A stretch of 48,642 nucleotides of DNA, the filler included, from Sphacelaria rigidula (Eukaryota): NCBI GenBank assembly GCA_964200075.2. It is 3 parts of 3 records of this genome, joined end to end, with 100 filler letters (N's around TTAATTAATTAA, not from the genome) between each part and the next. Parts side by side here need not be neighbours in the genome. Positions count along the whole stretch, not along the records: positions 1 to 16,148 come from CAXNAA020001462.1; 2 more parts are not named here. The stretch is one strand, 5' to 3'. Below are positions 1 to 12,513 of this stretch, in pieces (positions within the stretch are counted from its first letter, which is position 1; each line of letters starts with the position of its first letter). The translations under genes and the position numbers were made by a program. The notes below the pieces were generated by a model. The model saw only the letters and a list, made by a program, of their open reading frames with translations. It was not told the DNA's origin and ran no database searches.

Positions 1-1478
1 CCGAAGCGTACTGATAATCTTGCATTTGGATGACAGTCTACAATGAGTTGCTTTATTTTCTGCTATCGCCACTTGCAGAGACAGCCAAGGTTTATACACT
101 GTCACACGGGTGTCTCATCATTTACTATAAACACGACGTAGTACGATCATCCCCTTTGTGCGGAGGTGAGGTTCTCTCACGCCGCACAACATGATCTAGC
201 TCGGTTACCATCATGGTTACCGCGAAAAAACGCAAGCGCGCAAAAAAATCGGTAATCTAGTTGCCTAGCTTACGCAGTGAGTGACGAGTTTTATAGCGTC
301 ATTGCCAACCGACGCCAACCTCATCGGGGGTCCGCCCCTACAAAGCCGGAACGGAGCACGCCGGGTTTTCGCCGGACCAGGCTGCGGCGGGCAGGAGCGG
401 GGGGGTGGAATTCGCTCAACCTCGGGTAGCGACATCAAAATATCACTTGACCCCATTTCCATTCGCCGCCTGCAGTGCGTGCACTTTACAACACACACAA
501 CAATATGCCATGTCAATCAGCTTGTTCAGTAACACGTGTGTTGAAACAAGCACGTCCACAAGGATGTTATTCTGGTGCGATCATCGCCACCACACTGCAA
601 GAATTTTCCTGATCCAAGACAGAGACATGATGCTTATCGTGGCCTGTCCACGAATGACTGGTGATGCGCGGCATACAGTCGGCACCGCCACCTGAGAATT
701 TGGCATTTGAAAACTCGAGCCTCAGAAAATCCGAAACATGATAACTTATTGTGACTTCTGAAAGATTTCCAACTCTAAATCTTTTACAGATGCTGTTGGT
801 TAACCCACGGAGGGAATCAGCGAGGGTTTGTCGGGGAGGGCATTTCCTACGTTTGGCTATCTTGAGAAATCGGTCTCTAAGCATCCAAAAGATGGGTAAG
901 ATTATTGGGATCGTACTCACCAATACCCAGGTGTTGGGTGAGGTGATGCGATCGTACCTAACTTTACCTAACATTTGGGTATACTTTGGAGATCGTACCA
1001 TCGCAACACGAAATTCGGGAAGAGTAAATACCTGAGTATTTACCCTACGCAACAGATCCTTGGAAATCATCCACGAGCCTCGCACAAAAGAAGCTGTTCT
1101 TCAGTGGTGGCACTACCTGTATATATGACACTGACCTTTGTATGTAGGCGCCGTCTCTCCAGAAGCTATTCCAAATACCCACATCACAGCCCAGCCAACT
1201 GACTGTCACTTTGGGATCTAAGCACCTGAAGAGAAGTAATTGAAAGCTCTTGCGTCGTGGATTTCATTGATGCCAACGGCTATGCCTTCCAACAAAAGTG
1301 TATGGCATCAACGAGCTGGTCAAATGATTTCGTAGCTCGCCGTAAGCCAAGATTGATTACAATCCGCAGTTGTTCGTGCGAATATTGACGAAGTAAGTTC
1401 TTCCGCATCGGGTGAGGTCGTCACAATCAGCACAGCTCAGCCCGAACAGGAGTTACGTCTTCCGGCCGGTGCGCACAA

Positions 1479-1769
1479 TCCACACGTCGGACAGCTGATG
1501 AGCTACCTAAAATATTACTTCTTATTAGTGTGTGTTGTCGTCCCACCTATTCTTGGACTGATCCGGGTCATGAGCTGGCTCATTCGAGCCCTTTTTCTTC
1601 ACATGCCTTCTCCCCAAAGCGCTGGACGCCACGCACGCGGAGTAGCGCAAGGGTAGCGCTTTGGCTTCTCGGCCCCCGTTGTCGCGTATTGTGTGTTGTT
1701 GGACAACAGATCCGAGAGACCTGTTAGATTAGATCTTTCAGGTAGCTCATGAGCTGTCCAACGGGTGGA
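1479..1769. mobile_element. MITE-like element with ~34-bp terminal inverted repeats
   Basis: Left TCCACACGTCGGACAGCTGATGAGCTACCTAAAA (from 1479) pairs with right TTTCAGGTAGCTCATGAGCTGTCCAACGGGTGGA (to 1769) with about 4 mismatches; no coding capacity; no clear TSD. Confidence 0.55.
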
Positions 1770-2599
1770 ACAGTCGTATGTGGATTACAGTATGGGTATC
1801 GGTGGTTGTATTCAAGAGTCGAACTACAAAGTCATGATTCGTCTGAAACCTCCTTGCTTTTCGCGTGAAGTGACTCGTACCCGTACGAATCAATCCTTGG
1901 TCGTTGTTGTCAGCGTTGCACCCCAGGCACGCGTACCCCAGGCAAGTGAAATAGTGCGAGAGTCGCGGGGAGAAGTTTCTGACCCGCGGTCGACTTTGTT
2001 TCTTGCTTTTCGAGCACTCAGGCCTCGTACATCGTAGATTTGGGGAATATAACCAGCCATGATTTCCTCCGACTCTCCGTTGTCTTTGTTAATGAGGGCG
2101 GAATGATTGGAGCATGGAATTTGTATGGTACGGGTCGATGGGTGGTGATGGAATCGTTTAACCTTGTTCGATACAGGCAGGAAGGAGGCACAACAAGCTC
2201 GAGCTGCTAGGATACAAGGCGGCGACATCAGTATGTGCGATCGCAGGTTTTGGTTCTCAAAATGCCACTTGCTCTATATTTCAAAGTTGTTGTGGCTGAA
2301 GTCTACTGTACATACACAATTAGGGAACGAGCACCTCCGCTATATGGCAAAAAAAAAATGCTTCTTCACAGACATGTCAGTTCACCCCAGGTCACGCTAC
2401 CTGAGTATACTGTCCATGACAACTGCCCAAACGTCACGGCACGTGGTACAAGCACTCTCGTGAGTTGCAACTGCAGCCGAGGCGTTGAGACAGCTCACAT
2501 TTTAAAACGTGAAGAATTAGGCCCGTTTCTCAGGCTAGTGAACGGAGTTAGAAGGCGAAAAATTACACGCGTGATTCTGAAGCAAAGCTCGAGGTAGCC

Positions 2600-2780
2600 C
2601 TTGCCATCGGAGGCGCCCGGGGACCCCTAAAAAGCGGAGAAACCGAGAGAAGGTTTTCTCGACGAACACAGACTGCCTCGGGCTTTGCCGCAGGATCACG
2701 CGTATAAATCCCTTCTCAGTGCTTCAAGACGGCGTGAAAAATGCCTGCCGACTCCCAGCCCGGGTGCCTCCGTGGGCAAG
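2600..2780. mobile_element. Small MITE-like inverted-repeat element
   Basis: CTTGCCATCGGAGGCGCCCGGG (2600-2621) versus CCCGGGTGCCTCCGTGGGCAAG (2759-2780): 22-bp inverted repeat with 3 mismatches. Confidence 0.35.
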
Positions 2781-3761
2781 CCTGTAGCTGATCACTCGGA
2801 GAGAAACGAAAAATGCACGAATCACAAGCCTTTTCTCCTCTTCTGTACAAATACGAATGACACCGACAGCGATGCCCTCGAAGGCGTTCTTTTTCCGGAG
2901 CGAGAAATGAAATACTCAGTCTACAAAAGGCAGAAACCACGCCAGAAAATGGCTACTGAGGCCCGATATCAGGTGCAGCTTGGGTGTAAACGGCACGCCT
3001 GCTATGGTGTGGACAGTGTTCACTACGGGGCCAGCGACAACTTCGACTGAGCGTGAACAAAATATTTTGGGACTATCGCTCCCTGCTGTCTGAGTTGGGG
3101 TGTGCAAAATATCAAATGCTTTCTGTCTGCACGCTCATTGTCTGTGTTGAAGGAAGGCAATAGCCACGAAATAGATACTAGGAAAGTGTTGGGCGAATCC
3201 GCAGAGTGATCTCCCAAAATCTCAAGGTACATTTCGTTTCAACGGTTTTGTAGTTCGCGTATTCCTCTTGACCTCTTGTTGATTCTGTCCCCAGTTGTAA
3301 TATGATATTTCGCTGATTCACCGTATCGCGTTCACTTTCCAGTCTGTTGCATGCGTGCGAGTCGATGTTCTGCCGTTGTTCACACGCAAAAATATAAAAG
3401 CTGTACGAGTGAAGGCTGAATACTGCTTTTGTGGCGCGTTGAAACTGTATTCATGGAAATGCCGGTACCGATTGCATGTATTCAACGTGGGGAATACCCC
3501 AACTCGAACTATGGTTTACTTATTCTAATGATGTACTATCCACCAGTGGGCGTAGGTCTACGGCAAGATTCGTGACATGTGATTTTTTTGCACCAATATG
3601 TGGTGCACAACACCCCCCGGAATTCGTTTATCGTAGTAACATTTCTCCATCTCCAAAATTTGGAATAATGGTGGACGAAAAAAAACGGTAGGACGTCAAG
3701 GGGTGCTGTATCTCTCAGTTCAAGCAAACACAGTTGGAATTTTTAATTAAGTCCAAATTTT

Positions 3762-4499
3762 GTGGGTACTCCATATCAAACAACTGTCGCACAAGTTGCA
3801 CCTTCGCACACCAACCCATGTGTACGAGATGCACCGTGCAACACGCGGCAAGCGTCGCGGCATAGATTTCCCACGGTGCTGTCAAAGCTTGCGGGTGGAA
3901 GGAGCGATCGAGACGCGTACAGGCAGGGGCCCTGGTATAGTGTGTGTGGTGCAACCTCAACAAGAGCAGCCTCCAACGTGAAAAGAAGACTACTTGCCCT
4001 CGCGCAACAAGGCGAAATCCAAGCGATATGGGCGTTGCTACAAGCTCAGCGTTATGGGCATGGCATCGAAAGCGGTGTGGCACCGTTTGACAAAAACCTC
4101 GGGAGTTTGGAAACGTGTTGCCACATAAATACTCTTCGAAAAAATTGACGCGTCTTCAGATCAACTGCACCCGCAATGTTTGTCGATCAATTATCTGTGT
4201 TGATGAAGAAGGATTGCCGCGCGCTCATCGCCAGTGCCAGACGATGGAGCTTCGGTGCGATGGCCACGGTAGCATCTATAGCGCGAAAGGCATATCAAAT
4301 ATCGAAGCTACCATCTTTTTGCGGGGCTGCTTTTCTTGATCATAGATTGATTGTCGCACGTGACAGAGGACGAGGAGCTGATGGCATCCCAACAAAGACC
4401 AGGAGTTCATCTGTCTCCATCGCGCCCTCGACCAGTACTTTAGTTTGCTGGGGACATGAACATTCGCCGACGAACTACGAATGCCTTAGGATATGGTGA
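3762..4499 (+). pseudogene. Possible decayed non-LTR retrotransposon (CRE/SLACS-like) fragment upstream of the RT core
   Basis: ORFs 3762-4148 and 4176-4499 share one frame with a single stop; NVKRRLLALAQQGE..SGVAPFD and KLPSFCGAAFLDHRLIV..GIPTKTRSS loosely resemble the pre-RT region of early-branching LINEs. Resemblance judged by eye only. Confidence 0.25.
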
Positions 4500-5977
4500 C
4501 AGTACAAGCAAAATAAATTAAACGAAACGCAGGCCGTCTGCAACGCGTGAGACAGATCGCCGTTATCTTGGTTGATTTGCGGATTTCTGAAAGCAGACTG
4601 TAAGTCAGGGTTCGTAGGATCACGCGTTTTTCGTTACGCGAAGCGCGGCATAGTAGTTTTCGATGGTATCGGAAGAAAAGGTCATGAATTCACATGTTCA
4701 TCGCGATCTAGATCTGCGCTCAACGGGGACGTCGGTATATACTGACAAGTGAGGTAAGTGTTCAGGTCGCCAAAACTAAGTATTCGCCATGACGTGCCGA
4801 GCACGGGAGCGATTCGCTGCACACATTTGCTGACTTTGTAGGTATACAATCCTCGCGTCTGCGGAGTTTTGGTGAGGCATCCAAGTTCGAAAGAGCATGA
4901 TCACACGGATTGTATCATCCGACGTCGTTGAATCTCGTTTCCTCGACTTACCGAAAACGTCTGTAAGATCAGTCGTTTGGAGTCCGATGTGGACGGTTTT
5001 ACGCGGAACGTGTGCTGCAGCAATATACGCAGTGCTATGTTGTGTGCAGTGCTCACCGTCGCCTGTGATACAAAAACCGTTCCTACCATGTCACCAATAA
5101 TGAAACCACACCCGCGACAGCAGATCTGAACGCAGTTCGTTCAATCGGGCATCTATGTACTCACATTCTCGTAGTTTGTAGTCGATCGCTAGTGTGCGCT
5201 GCAGGGGGCAGATCGAACCCAACAACCTTGAAGACGAAGCTAGAGGTATGTTACTCACAGGAGGAGAATTTTCAGAGGTGGGAAGGGGGCCTTAAACGGG
5301 TCATTTTTTTCTCTTGTCACACTTTGAACCCCTCCCCTTCCTCGGGATGAGTCCGGGGTCTCAAGGGTTCAACTCATTTCTCATCGGTATTCGTATACAT
5401 ACTAAATATTATAACAAGCGCGAAATCACGCAGGTTAATCTTAAAGCCCGCCTCGTGCAGTAATCCGAGGTGAGTTGTAGTACCGTTCTATCGGCCAGCC
5501 ATTTACATTTTTCGAAAGTTTGGTGTTTTACCTCTTTTGCTTAGGCATGGCTGTGCATGGGTGTGGTCTTTGGTGAAAAGGGTCTTGTGTGCAGTAGATA
5601 TAATGTAAACGGGGCAGTTTTCGTATGGTGTATACATCAGTGCTCAGGGCGAACACTGCCTGCATGAAGTATGACTAGTACCGCAGGCGACAGAGATGAT
5701 CACCCCTTGGTCATAACCTCTTCAACCTCCAACGCGAACTCTTCCAGAAGCAAAGACCCTACCCACCCCCGAACCATGAAATTATCCATCAGGATAGATT
5801 TCGGCTGCATGGGCGTAAGCAACGCAGGACTACCAACACAATTTCCGGGACTGTACGTTGTTGTTGAGCAATCTACGGTCAACTGGGGGTGCCATATTCC
5901 GTCATTTACGGTGCACAAATTGACACAACGCCACCCTAACCTGTCTCTAAATTCCCTCGTCGCGAAAGCCTTCTCTC

Positions 5978-7200
5978 CTACTGGCCTTGTGTGATTGCAT
6001 TCCTCTCCTCCAGCTTCGCCGTGATCACCGCCTTGGCCGTCTCATACGCCCCGAAGAAAATCGCCCCCCCAAAGGCAATCGATGTCATCCGCGGCACAGC
6101 CCCCGCAAACAGAGCCTGCGGCCCCTCATCCTTCAGTATCGCCTGCAAGCAGCTCACGATGCCAGAGTACTGCCCGGGGCTCTGGGTCATAAGCCTCGTT
6201 TTTACTACATCAAGCGGGGTGGTGAGACCGGCCGCGATGCCACCTGCGGCGGAGCCGCACAGAGACCCCTGCCAGGGGGCCAACTTGCTTCCTTTTGCCT
6301 TGGCCCACCTGTTGAGCGAATATCATGAAAAGTGAAAGACGCGGCAAAACACCGTACTGAAGGGACACCTCGACATTTCAAGGTTCAAGTACTCCCACAC
6401 GCTCCTCAAAGTACATGATACATTAGATACCTGCGCATTGTACGTGCACCCAGATATTTGCCAGCATATGATTTCTTTGATTTACGATAAGGTCAATTCT
6501 CGCCCACCCACCTATACTTGAACCACTCGTACAGCGGGAACTCGATGATGTCAAACGGCAGATCACGCATGGCCAAAGCACCCCACCCGCGGTACAACCC
6601 CCGTGGTCCTTGGGATTTAAGGACACTGGCCAACGCAGCTCGCCCCGAGGCATCCACGCCGGCCTGCACGCGCTGCTTCACCACCTCGAACGGGACGCGT
6701 ACCACGCTCTGTACCATGTCAGCACCCGCCGCCGCGCCCGCATGCGCAACGGTGGCGTAGTCGTCGGGAAGCTTGTTTGAGAGCACACGCTTCATGGAAT
6801 CGTAGGCGCCGAAGAACACTGCGGCGCATGGGGCGCTAGCGGCGATGGCGGGGGCAACACCGTCAAAAAGTCCCTTGAAAGTGGACATAGACAGTTTCGC
6901 CCCCGCAGTTGCCTGCAGTCGCGTCTTGACTGTGTCCAAAGGGTACAAGATCAGGTCTACTGTGGTGCCCGCTACTGCGCCGGAGAGTAGTCCCGTGACG
7001 AAATTGTCCCTCGCGGTGAGGCTACCTGTTGGGTCAATCTTAGCCGCACCTCGCGGTGACCGTGCTGCTTTCGTTGGCTTGACTACCGTCTTGATTTTGC
7101 TGTTTGATTTTTGAGCGGCGTCGTTCCCCACTACCAACAAAAGGAGGCACAAAGCCACCAGCCATGCTTCTCCTAGACCCCTCATCATGCGTGCGAGCAT
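5978..7200 (-). CDS. Mitochondrial carrier family (SLC25) protein, S-adenosylmethionine carrier-like (SAMC/SLC25A26/PET8 type), with N-terminal signal peptide; exons 7200-6512 and 6308-5978, ~339 aa
   Basis: Three carrier signature motifs (YPLDTVKTRLQ, VPFEVVKQRVQ, TPLDVVKTRLM) plus SAMC-like RDLPFDIIEFPLYE and GGAIFFGAYE. GT-AG intron 6511-6309 joins in phase (FKYR/WAKAKG); spliced length 1020 nt. Confidence 0.9.
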
Positions 7201-7683
7201 TGTAGTACGCTCAACCCTGCTCTGAAAGTGACAACCTCAATCCTCGTCTTTTACGTGAGATTGGCACGTGTAATCTGTAGACTGAGGGCCATGCTCCACA
7301 CATGACCACCAAGATGAACGCCTCCTCGGAATATATGCGGCGCAATAATTTACTAGGGGTCCGGTTTCGCCGACTACTGGGGGTCACACGGGACCCCCCG
7401 ACGCCGTTGACGTTATTTGTTAAGTTGACGTTCGGGCTTTGTGAACTGCTTCCCGCGGAAATCCGGGGTCAGTAGCAAGCGATCCTGGTAACCTGACAAT
7501 CTATCTGCTATCAGCTGTGGAGAGGAGAGACAGAGCACGCACAGAGATCAGCGCACACAAAAGGAGCGGGTGTGCTTGCCGTTTGATCGGCGCGAAACAT
7601 ACCGGTGACGTGAACCGAACGGCTCATTTTTTGTCTGGAGTACAGATTGGACGGAGAGCGCAGCGGAGGCGAACCTCACAGTG
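7201..7683. promoter_or_regulatory. Short divergent (bidirectional) promoter region
   Basis: 483 bp between start codons of oppositely oriented genes (7200 minus, 7684 plus); contains CACGTG (7265-7270) and two TGACGT (7408-7413, 7426-7431). Confidence 0.45.
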
Positions 7684-10600
7684 ATGCTGCCTTCCTGGCT
7701 GAGCTTCGCCATCTTCGACAGCAGCTCCAACACCTCGAGTAGCGGCAGTGCAGCGTCCTCGCCGCGCTCTGCTGTTGTACACGATGTCGCGGATATCGTC
7801 AACAAGGGAGGGGTTAAGCATCACCGATCCGTCGCAAAACCCTCGATCCCGAAACATCATGAGGACCAGGAAGATATTGGGTCTGTATCCGCCGCGACGT
7901 CCCCCATGAGCACCTATGCTGGGACCCCGAAGCAAGACCTCGACCCTTCGACCACGAGCCACCAACGCGCCCCCCCTTCGCAACTTCCCGATGGCGGCGG
8001 CATCAGCAACAATGCTTTCTCAACACCGTCGCGACGGCGTCGATCTTCGGTGTTTTTCAAGCTTCCAGATCTCGACAAGATCAATAACCTAACATCTCCA
8101 GGCAGAAACAAACCGGGGAACCAGAACAACACCACCCCGACCACCCCCCCAGTGTCACACAGACACAATTACAATTCGGTGCAGAACGCCCCGCCTCGAT
8201 CACGGCGGCTATCTAGAGCCAGCTTCAGTCGCTCCCCGAGACACCGCCGCGCGCCCATTGTACCGGAGAGTAAGGTTATCGCGCAGGCGGCTCGTGAAGC
8301 TAATCCCATCGCGCCGGTACGCGCCGTTGTGAACGACATAGTCACGTCGAGCTTGTCACCAGGCCACCGCCCCCCCGCGTCGGTTGCAATAAACGAAGAG
8401 GGTGACGATCCAAGTGAAGAAAAGTCACGACCGTGGACCAACAGGGACGGGGATGCGGGGGCAGAGCTAACCATTGATGTGGGGAATGCCGATGTGGCGA
8501 GCCAAAGCGAGGATTGGCGCAGCACACCCCGCGGGGGGTTGCTACGAGGGTGGGGTGATGCAGGCCGGGGGAGGAGACAGACAACGGCCGCAGTGGCCGC
8601 GGCGCCGGAGGAGGGAGGACAGACGACGGCAGCGGTGGCGGCGGCAGAAGCGGCTCCCGAGGGCAGCGGACGGCGGCCAAGATCACCCCGGGCCCTCAGC
8701 GAGGGGCACAGGTAAGATTGATCGCAAGCGTTCGATATATGTTTTTCCTGGTCCTCGCACCACCACCGAGCTCTGTCAACAGTTGTGAGTGTTACGAGGA
8801 TGACTACATCGATCCGTAGAGTACAGTAGTCACAGCATAAACCACGTGAACATCTTCTAGATCTTCGAAAGTTAGTCGTGCACCGTGTATAATAAATCAC
8901 CTATACGTGCATGCACCTGGGCTGCTGCCATGGGTGGGTTTGGTTGTGTTCCTCGAAAAGGGCTACAGTTTTGTACTACTCGCATACTACATGTTTACTT
9001 TTCCATCTCGAAACCAACCCAGGATTTGCTCAGACTTTGACCCTACAGCACTCGAACAAAACCCCTTGCTTGCTCGTTCATGAGACAAAATACGAGTGAA
9101 TATTGGGCGACCGGCCGGTGAGGTGGAAATAATGCCAAATTCCTCGTCTCTGGACAACTTGCGGGTGCATCGCACCAGCGCGCGTACTTCTCGAAAGAAT
9201 AATAGTCGTGGTGCGAGTACGAGTTGCCCACATACACTTGCTTCATCGTGCTGCTTTCAATCGTCTTCGTCGAGGGTAATATTTCACGAAACAGACTGGT
9301 TCTCGTGGAGAGGTTGGATGAACTCTTGATTGCCCCGCTACTCCGTGTACTGAAAAATAATGATACTCAATACAGTCTTCACAGCGAAGGGGCCCGACAG
9401 CCGACCGCCATTGAAGGGCGCTATGACAATGGTGACGTAGCTTGATGAAGCCAGTTGCAACGTGGAACTTATCTACTTCAAAGGATGTCACGTCATCGTT
9501 TCGAATTCGGAAAATACCCCACGTACGCACCTTGCACCGGAAATAAATAGCTTGTACTGTAGATGTATTAAATCAATTTGCACCACGAGAGAGAGCTATT
9601 CCCCCCCCCTCCCCGCGCGCGCGCGCGTGTGTGTGTGTGCTTCACTCCTGTCTCGCTTGTTCGACTCAACTTTTCACCCAGAGGACGGACAGAAGAAAGC
9701 TTAATATTTTCTGGATGGTGAAAAACATCCCGCATGTCTCGAAGATTGTGAAGCTGCTCGTTTCAGTTTCGGTTTCGTTTCGCGTGCTCAACATGCGGCC
9801 GGTCGTTTGAAAGAGATGAATGATCATTTCAACTATCCCGGAGTGCTTCTCGAAAGTTAGGCGCAGCCAAGATGGAGCGCTTTCCAGAAATACTCACGGA
9901 GTAAATAGCGGTCACACCGCAAATTATCTTACAGCTGATCGTTCCCCATCAGACGTCGATGTATCGATGGTATTTATTATTTTGCATGTGGGCGTAGTAC
10001 CTAACGTACTTCCTAGGGTGCTGTTCAGGGAGAAGGACGAAAAGCACTGCGCTTGGTCGTTCTTGTACTAAAATGGCAGATGGATAGTTGAGCGGACTCC
10101 ACGAAATCCCGATCCGATCATGCACAACATTACACAACAGAATCCTATACTCGCAGTGCGTTCGTCTGAAAATATATGGATGGAGGCGGAAGGGTTTGTG
10201 TTTGTTGAGTGGGGGAGTTGGATAAACGGGGCTGATGGAAGGGTTGGGTCAGCTTGTTGATTGTTTTGTCCTCTTTGGTCAAGGGCAGACGATATAGTCC
10301 GTGACCGCAATCACCTACTTCTCGTCCCCGTCGGCACACAAGCCCCATTTTTCCCCCTCCTTCCTCGTCTCCGCACAAAATATACTTGACATCCCCCCAC
10401 ATTTCCCTCGCTCCCTCCCACCCCCGCTCCCAATCCACATGGCTGCACGTGCCTCTGGGGTTCCTTCTCCACACTTCCAATGACACGCCTGTGACTAAAA
10501 AACATGTACAAAACAAAATTAGGCGTGAATCCACCCGCGACGACACCATGAGTCGACCGCCCAAAGAGCTCTGCGCGGAGCGGCTGCTCGCCGACGCTCA

Positions 10601-12513
10601 GGATGTAGCTCGCATCCGCTGGCAGGCTAAGCTGCGCGCTACCCACCAGGGCGTGTGCTGGATGGCCAGCAATTGGTCTGTCGGCGGCAAAAAGGGTGTC
10701 CTCAGCGGGAAACGATACTTGGTGTTGTGCGACAGTATTATCTGGGCGGAGCTACGCGCGGCGGAGAAGGAAGGGCAAGGTGGCGATGGCGTACGTCCAA
10801 TGGGGGATCCAGTTAATGACCAAGGTGACTACATACATGTATTTATGGCTGATTGTATGAGAGTGAGACCCCGCGAGGGTTGACGTGTGTCTCTATAACA
10901 GCTCCGTCCATGAACGCCGCGAGCACGCTGTGTGGCACTGCGGCGTTCGTGCTGCGTGTCAAATGGAGTGATTCTACAGCAACGTATTTGTGTTGTGTCT
11001 CATCAGGGCTCCTGTCGATGTACCCTCTTTGATTTTCGCCGTTGAGGCTTCTCTCCTCGAAACAGTAAGGATATCTGAAATGGGTGCCTTCTTCCATTTA
11101 CAGTTGTGCATAGCGTGGCATGTTGAATAGTCGGGGAGAAGCCTTTAGGAACACCGAGGTTCGGTGGCATGAGCAGGTGAATGAAAGACTCACGCACGTT
11201 ATCCTCCACAACAGTACCGCAGGTATTCTCTCCATTTATCGAATCGTTGGCGTAGATCTTCGACGCGCTCGAGGCCGGCTGTTGCACCCAGAGGGGAAGG
11301 GTCGTCGTAGAAAGCAAAAAAAATGGTTCAAATGTCGGTGTACGTCGGTGTGCATTGTGGGCCACCAGTATCGATCACGTACTTTGTCAAATGTACCCTT
11401 GAAAGCTAAGTGACCCCCCGATGAGGGTAAGCCATGACAAGCATTTATGACAAGTTTCCGCAATGACTCGGGTACTACCAGCTGATCGCGAAAATCGTCG
11501 CGGAATATGCTTGTGGTGTGGTATACAGTCAAGCTCACAGTATGGGAGCTTGGCGGTGTTGTGTGTGTTGGCTTCAAGCCTGGAGCGTATCCGTAGCTCC
11601 GTGGCTTCCAAGGCACACAGACAGACAGTTCGAGATCTTTGGGATCGGACAAGCCGACAGTCGAGGAACATTCCTCGTGACTGGAAGTTTCCTATGGACA
11701 GGACCTGTTGGTCTGGTTCTGGACAGAACCAAAGGCATGTTGGGTTCGTATAGCTTGGATTCACACAAACTTGAAAATGTGTGAGAGAGGGAGGGAGAGA
11801 AAGAAAACGTGTGTTGTCGGGGGGCGGGAGGGGAAAGATCTTTCTCATGGCAGGCAAACATCTTCGCCACCTTCATCCGACCAAACCATCACTTACGTCC
11901 CCGTCGTCATCATAACTACGACACGACTAGAAGAATTGACTGATTTCCGTTACGCATGATCAAGGCAACTGTGGAATGAAGCGCTTGTGTAAATTTGGTT
12001 CTGTCGTGTCCTGTTGTGTGTTTTACAAGTGGTATTTTTTCGAGCGACCGGACACGTGTCTGGGGCAAATCACTTCCCCCCCTTCTTTCTTCTCCTGCAT
12101 TTCGATCATCCGCCGCCCCGTTCCCCTCGCCCACGAACTATCCGCTGTTTTCTCGCTCACATGTCGGCACCCCCGATTTCTCAGGCGGGTTTCTCCCGGT
12201 AATGTCCATAGCGGGCGCCGTCGTACGGCACTGCGAGGTATCCACGTCGAACAACGGCTGGGTCATTGAAGTGGTGAACCAGGCAGCGGATGTGACCCTG
12301 TGGCTCGACCCCGAAAGGCCGACGAGTCTTCTAAAATGGGGTTCCGTTTTGTGTCAGGCCGTGGCCGAAACAAACGCTGCAAAGGATGACCGTGATGAGT
12401 TCTTCCCGGCGGTGCAAGAGGATGTGGAAGGAGAGGAGGATGTGGAAGGAGAGGAGGATGTGGAAGAAGACGATGGCGAGGAAGAGGAAGATGATTTTCT
12501 CATCAAAGAATGA
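7684..12513 (+). CDS. Unknown protein: long S/P/R-rich disordered N-terminus, C-terminal PH-like domain, acidic tail; exons 7684-8711, 10523-10824, 12185-12513 (~552 aa)
   Basis: Donors AG|GTAAGA (8711) and AAG|GTGACT (10824), acceptors TAG (10522) and CAG (12184) are phase-compatible, total 1659 nt. HQGVCWM..KRYLVLCD..IAGAVVRHCE..WVIEVVN..TLWLDPE..LLKWGSVLCQAV follows the beta-strand plus Trp-helix pattern of PH domains; tail EDVEGEEDVEGEEDVEEDD. Exon 2 donor choice is inferred. Confidence 0.65.
10900..11490 (-). mobile_element. Degenerate Ty3/Gypsy integrase fragment in intron 2 of the PH-like gene
   Basis: Minus-strand DQLVVPESLRKLVINACHGLPSSGGHLAFKGTFDKVRDRYWWPTMHTDVHRHL matches the integrase H2C2 zinc-binding region; frameshifted core remnants such as KYVAVESLHLTR follow. 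Confidence 0.75.

Noticed and set aside
567..1085. 172-aa minus-strand ORF
   Set aside because: No recognisable motif or splice context; overlaps a repeat-like motif cluster.
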